Below are positions 49,634-50,047 of a DNA stretch of 50,047 bases, piece by piece. The notes under the pieces were generated by a model. The model searched no databases. It was not told the origin of the DNA and saw only the letters and a list, made by a program, of their open reading frames with translations. Position numbers and translations under genes: made by a program. The stretch comes from Octopus bimaculoides (taxonomy: Eukaryota). Location of the stretch: positions 162,769,017 through 162,819,063 of the forward strand of contig NC_068983.1 of the NCBI RefSeq assembly GCF_001194135.2, read 5' to 3'. Position 1 is the stretch's first letter. Every line of letters begins with the position of its first letter.

Positions 49634-50047
49634 CACTTGTAGGATTCGTTACAATCAAGGTATTTTAAAATTCAGAACGCTGGAAAACGCATGCGTTCTC
49701 ATTTTAGATAGATAGATAGATAGATAGGTTTCTTTATTAGCCACACAGGGCTCAACACAGAGTGGACAAAATACAAATGTAGAGTTTTTCTTTTCGAGGG
49801 GGTCGAAAACAAAGCAGAAAAAAAACAAAAGTGGGGACAACGATGAAAAAATAACATCGCAAAACGTTTGGGGTATTTACAAAAAATACGAAATAATACA
49901 AAAAATTCCCAATAAATGGGGAGGTTATCCGTGGAAAGAAAAACCTACGAAAAGACCACGGTAACCTCGGTCTTTAGTGTCACAGTTTGTTAAATAAAAT
50001 TTCTTTTATTTAAGCAAGAAACGTAAGTAACTCTCTGTTTACAAAAT

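Overview
AT-rich eukaryotic draft-assembly window with 7 N-gaps, almost all inside simple or tandem repeats. The SINE types and microsatellite load suggest a cephalopod, probably Octopus (inference). No prokaryotic-type genes, rRNA, true tRNA or CRISPR are supported, and most ORFs in the track are microsatellite or gap artefacts. The window is dominated by at least three tRNA-headed SINE families, decayed non-LTR retrotransposon fragments (R4/Dong-like RLE, CR1, Penelope-like GIY-YIG) and non-autonomous DNA transposons (hAT with 8-bp TSDs, piggyBac-like TTAA, Tc2/pogo-like). The most notable signal is a set of short elements next to microsatellites that carry minimal hammerhead-ribozyme-like folds (5.9, 6.6, 7.5, 8.1 and 35.4-35.5 kb). 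They occur as same-orientation copies or head-to-head foldbacks, with a decayed Penelope-like endonuclease at about 38 kb, which suggests a retrozyme-like or PLE-derived system. A minus-strand multi-exon gene with very short exons can be chained in frame across 47.3-18.0 kb, but it is a low-confidence hand model with no recognised domain.
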